Below the pieces are notes generated by a model that was given only the letters and a program-made list of their open reading frames with translations, was not told where the DNA came from and searched no databases. The translations under genes and the position numbers were made by a program. Positions 8,284-12,236 of a DNA stretch of 12,236 nt are shown piece after piece. How positions within the stretch are numbered: the stretch's first letter is position 1; the number at the start of each line of letters is the position of its first letter. The stretch covers positions 1-12,236 of the forward strand of contig JBHEMM010000053.1 in NCBI GenBank assembly GCA_046262595.1, given 5' to 3'. The stretch comes from Vulcanimicrobiaceae bacterium (GTDB taxonomy: Bacteria > Vulcanimicrobiota > Vulcanimicrobiia > Vulcanimicrobiales > Vulcanimicrobiaceae).

Positions 8284-9355
8284 GGCGCGTTTTGCCCGCG
8301 CGGCGCAGCTCGGCGGCCAACGCGCGCCAGAGCTTTTCGCCGTCGCCGCGGACCGGATCGCCGGTGGGCAGTCCCGTCTCACGCTCAACCGCCTCGATCG
8401 CCGCAGCTGCCGCTCGATCGTCGAGCGCCGAAGTGTCGAGCGCAATCGCAGCGACACGCGCCGGCTTGACGTGCGCCAAAAGAGATTCGTGCGCCGCAAT
8501 CAATTCGGGCAACGCCGGTATGGCGTGCGGGAACCCATCGATGTGCGTGATGTTCGGCCGGTGGCACAACAGGAGCGCGTCGGGAGCGCAGCCGTACAGT
8601 AAGCCGAAGGTCACGGGCGCATATGCCGGATGAAAAATCGATCCTTGCCCTTCAACAAGTATCGTGTCGCTTTCGGCTGAAACGCCTAGCACGAGCTGTT
8701 CCGCGGCGCCGGTCACGAAATCCGAAACGACGCTGTCGACCGGAATCCCCCAGCCGGTGATCATGATTCCCGTTTGCCCGGTCGCGGCAAATTCCGCGCG
8801 CGCGCCGAGCGCCCGTGCGGCGCGCTCGATCTCCAGCAGAGCGGTCATTTTCCCGACGGCGCAATCGCTGCCGACGGCAAGCACGACCTCTTGCCGCACC
8901 TTGTACGCGGCGCCGGTGAAAAGCGGAACCGGCCCTACTGCGCGCACGTCCCACAGACGCGCACCCGTCCTTGCCGCGCGCTCCAGCAATTCCGGATCGT
9001 CGTTCAAAAACTCGTGCAGGCCGTTGACGATCTCGAGCCCTGCGTCGATTGCCGGCACGACGAACGCGCGCAGCTCCGGCGGCAGCGAGCCGCCGTGCGT
9101 CGCGACGCCGATGAGCAGCGAGGTCGGTGCGTACGCAAGTGCGCTTTCAACGTTGCAGACGATCGGAGCGCTGCAGCGTAGAGCAGGGACGATTTCGTTG
9201 ACCGTTTTACCGGCGAATCCCGAATCGATGACGACAGCGATCTCGTCCGGGCGAAAGCGCATGATACCGTAAGCGGTCTTGCACGCCATGGGGTCGGAAA
9301 GAAATCCTTCGGTGAGTACGGCATATCGCCGCGGGCACCGTGCTGCGTCGGACAT
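8267..9355 (-). CDS. DUF1611 family protein (DgcN-like putative D-amino-acid N-acetyltransferase)
   Basis: Motifs KTAYGIMRF, NGLHEFL, P-loop-like GSDCAVGKMT, ATGQTGIMI, SDFVTGAAE, VEGQGSIFHPAY, LLYGCAPD and DPVR. The start is placed at ATG 9355, preceded by AAAGG, rather than 9415. Confidence 0.92.
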   Translation of the reverse strand: MSDAARCPRRYAVLTEGFLSDPMACKTAYGIMRFRPDEIAVVIDSGFAGKTVNEIVPALRCSAPIVCNVESALAYAPTSLLIGVATHGGSLPPELRAFVVPAIDAGLEIVNGLHEFLNDDPELLERAARTGARLWDVRAVGPVPLFTGAAYKVRQEVVLAVGSDCAVGKMTALLEIERAARALGARAEFAATGQTGIMITGWGIPVDSVVSDFVTGAAEQLVLGVSAESDTILVEGQGSIFHPAYAPVTFGLLYGCAPDALLLCHRPNITHIDGFPHAIPALPELIAAHESLLAHVKPARVAAIALDTSALDDRAAAAAIEAVERETGLPTGDPVRGDGEKLWRALAAELRRAGKTRLTAPA

Positions 9356-9391
9356 CGGAAGTACCTTTTCACCCGGGTTTTCCACACTTGA

Positions 9392-9403
9392 ACAAAATTT
9401 CGT
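9392..9403. promoter_or_regulatory. Putative operator upstream of the DUF1611 gene
   Basis: ACAAAATTTCGT. Its core CAAAATTTCG (9393-9402) matches CGAAATTTCG at 9 of 10 positions and lies in the 89-bp intergenic gap. Confidence 0.45.
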
Positions 9404-9444
9404 CATGGACGACACTTTTTTGTCGCCGGCCCGTTCTTACACGG

Positions 9445-11040
9445 TCACGGCCCCGGGCCCTGCCCGCCGGCGGTTTTCCAGCGCGCCGCGGAATTGAATG
9501 GCGAGAGCAGCGGCCGATCGTAATCGCGCAGCGCCGACGGTATCACGTCGACTTCACTTGCCTGAGCCAAGAAAAAGTAGGGCATGTCGCGCATCACCGC
9601 TTGCTGGACGCCGCGATAGATGCTCCGGCGCTGGGCACGGTCGAACACCGCTGCGGCCTTTTCCAACGCCGCATCCATCGCTGGATTACAGTAGCGCGCC
9701 TCGTTAAAACCGGCCGGGCTGCGCTGGTCGCAAGCCAGAAGCCACGCTGCATCCGGATCGTAGTTTGAGTGGTAGTCGTACAGCGAGAGTTGATACCGGC
9801 CTTGCATCACCGGCCCATTATTGGCGACGTAGACCTCGCGCAAGTAGCGTTTGAGCGTAACGTCGATTCCGACGGCGGCTTCGGAGGCGGCGATCGCGGT
9901 TGCGAGTTGCGTCGTGATTTCCGACCCGCCCGGAAAGATGAGTTGCAGCCTCACATGTTTTCCGTGCAGAAGCTGCCGCGCCAGGCGCGGATTGTAGGCA
10001 AGCCGGTCGGCGCCCGGATCGTACGCCCAGGTAAATAGGCCGCGCAGCCCGGTTTTGGGATCGTACACGCCGTGACTGATTTTCCGAACGATCGTGTCGC
10101 GATCGATTGCCAGCGCCACGGCGCGACGAATGTTCACGTCGCGCAGCTCCGGATCCGTCACGTTGAAGCCGACCGCGTAGTAATACGGAATCGGCGTGAC
10201 GACGATGCTATGATGCGGCAGCGTTCTAAGCAGCGAAATGCGCGACGCACCCAGTGAAAACGCTGCGTCCACCTCTCCCGTCATCAGTTCGTTGACGATC
10301 GTCGATTCGTCGTGAGTGAACGGTAGAACGAGCTGCCCGATCGCCGGTTTTCCGCGGTAATAGTGCGGATTTGCCGTAAGCACGAGGCGATCGCCCCGTG
10401 CCCATGTTTTGAGGATATAAGGGCCCGAACCCACGGGCTGCTCGTCGAACGGCACGCTATTCACGCTCGCGTACGTGGCCAGCAGATGCTCGGGAAGGAT
10501 CGGGTAGTTGCTGTCGCCGCCGAAGAAAAGCGGTATGATCGGGGCGTATGGTTTCTTCAGACGAATGACGACGGTATAGGGGCCGGGCGCGTTAATTGCG
10601 ACGATCTTGTCATAGCCGAACCGTTCGGGAACGTTGTTCGCCGGATTCATGATCGCGCGGTAGGTAAAGACGACGTCGCGCGCGGTGAGCGGCGTGCCGT
10701 CCTGCCAGCGAACGCCGCGGCGAAGGTGAAACGTGATTCGCGTGCCGTCCGTGGACGCGCCGCCGTTTTCCGTCGTCGGAACTTGCAGCGCAACGTCCGG
10801 TACGGTATTGCCGGCGGCATCGTAATTCGTCAGGTACGAGAAGAGCAGTTCGCTCACCGCGTACCCCTGCGGCCCTTCGAGAAGCAGTGGATTGAGCGAC
10901 TGCGGTTCGAGCGGCAGCGCGATCACGAGTTCGTTGCGCCCGGCGTGCCTGCCGGCAGACTGCTGCTTGGAGCACCCCGCGCAAACGATGAGGAGCGTCA
11001 TGAGCGTAGCGGCAAGAGCGGCGCGGACGCGGCGCTTCAC
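9445..11040 (-). CDS. Peptide ABC transporter substrate-binding lipoprotein (SBP family 5, OppA/DppA/AppA-like)
   Basis: Basic N-terminus, hydrophobic stretch and lipobox-like CAGC. Motifs EPQSLNPLL, FHLRRGVRWQDGTPLTARDVVFT, PVGSGPY and RRAVALAIDR. GTG start lies 1 nt after the regulator stop, with GGGGAG upstream. Confidence 0.93.
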   Translation of the reverse strand: MKRRVRAALAATLMTLLIVCAGCSKQQSAGRHAGRNELVIALPLEPQSLNPLLLEGPQGYAVSELLFSYLTNYDAAGNTVPDVALQVPTTENGGASTDGTRITFHLRRGVRWQDGTPLTARDVVFTYRAIMNPANNVPERFGYDKIVAINAPGPYTVVIRLKKPYAPIIPLFFGGDSNYPILPEHLLATYASVNSVPFDEQPVGSGPYILKTWARGDRLVLTANPHYYRGKPAIGQLVLPFTHDESTIVNELMTGEVDAAFSLGASRISLLRTLPHHSIVVTPIPYYYAVGFNVTDPELRDVNIRRAVALAIDRDTIVRKISHGVYDPKTGLRGLFTWAYDPGADRLAYNPRLARQLLHGKHVRLQLIFPGGSEITTQLATAIAASEAAVGIDVTLKRYLREVYVANNGPVMQGRYQLSLYDYHSNYDPDAAWLLACDQRSPAGFNEARYCNPAMDAALEKAAAVFDRAQRRSIYRGVQQAVMRDMPYFFLAQASEVDVIPSALRDYDRPLLSPFNSAARWKTAGGQGPGP

Positions 11041-11041
11041 G

Positions 11042-11653
11042 CTAGTACATTCTCCCCGTCGTTATCGAGATGAGCGAGGCGGGCTTACCGGAGTCGTTGC
11101 GCACGCGGTGCCGGTACCCGGCCGAGAAGACGCAGCACTCTTTTTCCGACATTGCATAGTCGATGCCGTCAACGACCAACACGATTTCACCCTGCGTTAC
11201 ATAGACGACGTCGATGCCTTCGTGGCTGAGCTCGTTCTTGAATTTACTGCGCGGCGCGAGGTCGACGAGCACGAGATCCAAATCGATTCCCGGCAGATGC
11301 AGCGCCTCGTATTTGATGCCGCGCCCCCGGTTGATCGGCGCACGGCCTTCCTTGCCCAGAAACTTCGGGTGCGAGAGTTTTGAGGTGAACCCCAAGAACG
11401 ATCCCAAGTCGTATTCGAAAAATCTCGCGAGCCGCGCGACACGGCCCAGCGAGATATCCGATTCTCCGCGCTCGACGGCTCGGATGAACGACTCGGAAAG
11501 GTCGCTCTTTTCGGCAAGTTCGCGCACGGTGACGCCGCGCTGCTCCCGCAGGCGCTGCAGGATCCGGCCGACGTCCGGCACGGAGGCGTCGGTCTGCGGC
11601 CGGCCGTCCTCTGCGGCGCCCTCTGAGGATCGGGCTTTTCCTTGTCGCTTCAT
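11042..11653 (-). CDS. XRE-family HTH transcriptional regulator with C-terminal cupin domain (PuuR/SutR-like architecture)
   Basis: HTH region LQRLREQRGVTVRELAEKSDLSESFIRAVERGESDISL and cupin motifs SHEGIDVVYVTQG and FSAGYRHRVRN. Start set at ATG 11653; the exact start is uncertain. Confidence 0.92.
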   Translation of the reverse strand: MKRQGKARSSEGAAEDGRPQTDASVPDVGRILQRLREQRGVTVRELAEKSDLSESFIRAVERGESDISLGRVARLARFFEYDLGSFLGFTSKLSHPKFLGKEGRAPINRGRGIKYEALHLPGIDLDLVLVDLAPRSKFKNELSHEGIDVVYVTQGEIVLVVDGIDYAMSEKECCVFSAGYRHRVRNDSGKPASLISITTGRMY

Positions 11654-11672
11654 GGCGCAGTTATTCGCTGAT

Positions 11673-11723
11673 GCGGCGAAATTTCGCTGCCGCCGAAATA
11701 TCGTTCTGTGCCGCAATATTTCA
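11673..11723. promoter_or_regulatory. Cluster of putative operator palindromes in the divergent regulator/receptor promoter region
   Basis: Perfect 12-bp palindrome GCGAAATTTCGC at 11676-11687, extendable to 11673-11690 with one mismatch. A second copy, CGAAATATCG, is at 11694-11703 and a degenerate third, CAATATTTCA, at 11714-11723. Confidence 0.6.
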
Positions 11724-11775
11724 GAGGAAAGCGCTTGGGGGAAACGAAGCCTCAAGCTGGTTCTTCAGGGCCACC

Positions 11776-11807
11776 ACGGGTTTTGTTCCGATACGGGTTT
11801 TTGGTCC
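11776..11807 (+). repeat. Imperfect tandem direct repeat upstream of the receptor RBS
   Basis: ACGGGTTTTGTTCC at 11776-11789 and ACGGGTTTTTGGTCC at 11793-11807, with starts 17 bp apart. Confidence 0.55.
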
Positions 11808-11824
11808 CTATAGAGGAGTGAACG

Positions 11825-12236
11825 ATGCAGACTCGGCCGGTATTCTCGCTGATCGCCGCAATGCTGTGCGCTTTGCTAGCGCTTGCACCCCTGGCTGTAC
11901 GGGCCGCGGCGAACACCAGCACGATCGCGGGCAGCGTGCGAACCGGCGACGGCGTACCGGTCGGCAATGCAAACGTCAGCCTCGAAGGTCAGGCCCGGAT
12001 GTCGACGGCGAGCGACGCCAAAGGTGCCTTTCAATTTTTGAACGTGCCCAGCGGGCTGTACACGCTGATCGTGACCAAGGCGGGCTACCAGACATACCGC
12101 GACGACGACGTCGCGGCGTTCAGCGGCAACACGGTGAACGTCAACGTGGTGCTGGCGCGCTTGTCGTTCTCGTCCCTGCGGACCATTGCAAACGTTTCAA
12201 CTCGCGAGCCGGGGCGCGCGCGCATCAACGCATCGA
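11825..12236 (+). CDS. Probable TonB-dependent receptor, N-terminal carboxypeptidase-regulatory-like domain (3'-partial)
   Basis: Not in the ORF track because it runs off the end. RBS GAGGAG at 11813-11818 and ATG at 11825. Hand translation gives MQTRPVFSLIAAMLCALLALAPLAVRA (signal peptide), then TIAGSVRTGDGVPVGNANVSL...SDAKGAFQFLNVPSGLYTLIVTKAGYQ...SLRTIANV. Plug and barrel are not visible. Confidence 0.78.
   Translation, partial: MQTRPVFSLIAAMLCALLALAPLAVRAAANTSTIAGSVRTGDGVPVGNANVSLEGQARMSTASDAKGAFQFLNVPSGLYTLIVTKAGYQTYRDDDVAAFSGNTVNVNVVLARLSFSSLRTIANVSTREPGRARINAS

Noticed and set aside
5012..8499. Long antisense ORFs 5012-6529 (505 aa) and 6676-8499 (607 aa)
   Set aside because: They are shadow frames of well-supported + strand genes in GC-rich DNA, Arg-rich and without recognisable motifs.
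9408..9427. Hairpin GGCGACA-AAAAAG-TGTCGTC on the - strand after the binding-protein gene, considered as an intrinsic terminator
   Set aside because: The 7-bp stem is weak, includes a G-U pair and has no adjacent U-tract. At most it is a stability element.
2447..11755. Longer ORF-track starts (2447, 5015, 6538, 9415, 11755)
   Set aside because: Downstream ATGs give proper signal peptides, RBS or stop-start coupling. The extensions overlap neighbouring genes or putative regulatory DNA.
11654..11824. Sigma70 promoter, riboswitch or ncRNA in the divergent intergenic region
   Set aside because: No convincing -35/-10 pair or recognisable RNA motif could be identified by eye.
12..11967. Other short overlapping ORFs in the track (for example 439-1389, 1850-2617, 4032-4796, 10363-11073, 11214-11813, 11752-11967)
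   Set aside because: They overlap motif-bearing genes in alternative frames and show biased composition with no family signal.

Overview
GC-rich bacterial window containing one coherent peptide and D-amino-acid catabolic locus in three blocks. (1) A + strand operon of six tightly packed genes: a 5'-truncated membrane-anchored beta-lactamase-fold serine hydrolase, an enolase-superfamily dipeptide epimerase/N-acyl-amino-acid racemase (DgcA/YcjG-like), a secreted serine hydrolase, an M81/MlrC-type metallopeptidase, an S13 (DacB/PBP4-like) DD-peptidase and a secreted D-aminopeptidase/MlrB-like serine hydrolase. (2) A convergent - strand unit: XRE-cupin regulator, family-5 peptide-binding lipoprotein and a DUF1611 (DgcN-like) protein. 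(3) A divergent, 3'-truncated probable TonB-dependent receptor that is absent from the ORF track. A CGAAATTTCG-like palindrome recurs in both sizeable intergenic regions. The style of the binding protein and receptor suggests Vulcanimicrobiota (Eremiobacterota/WPS-2), which is an inference only. No RNA genes, CRISPR arrays or mobile elements were seen.
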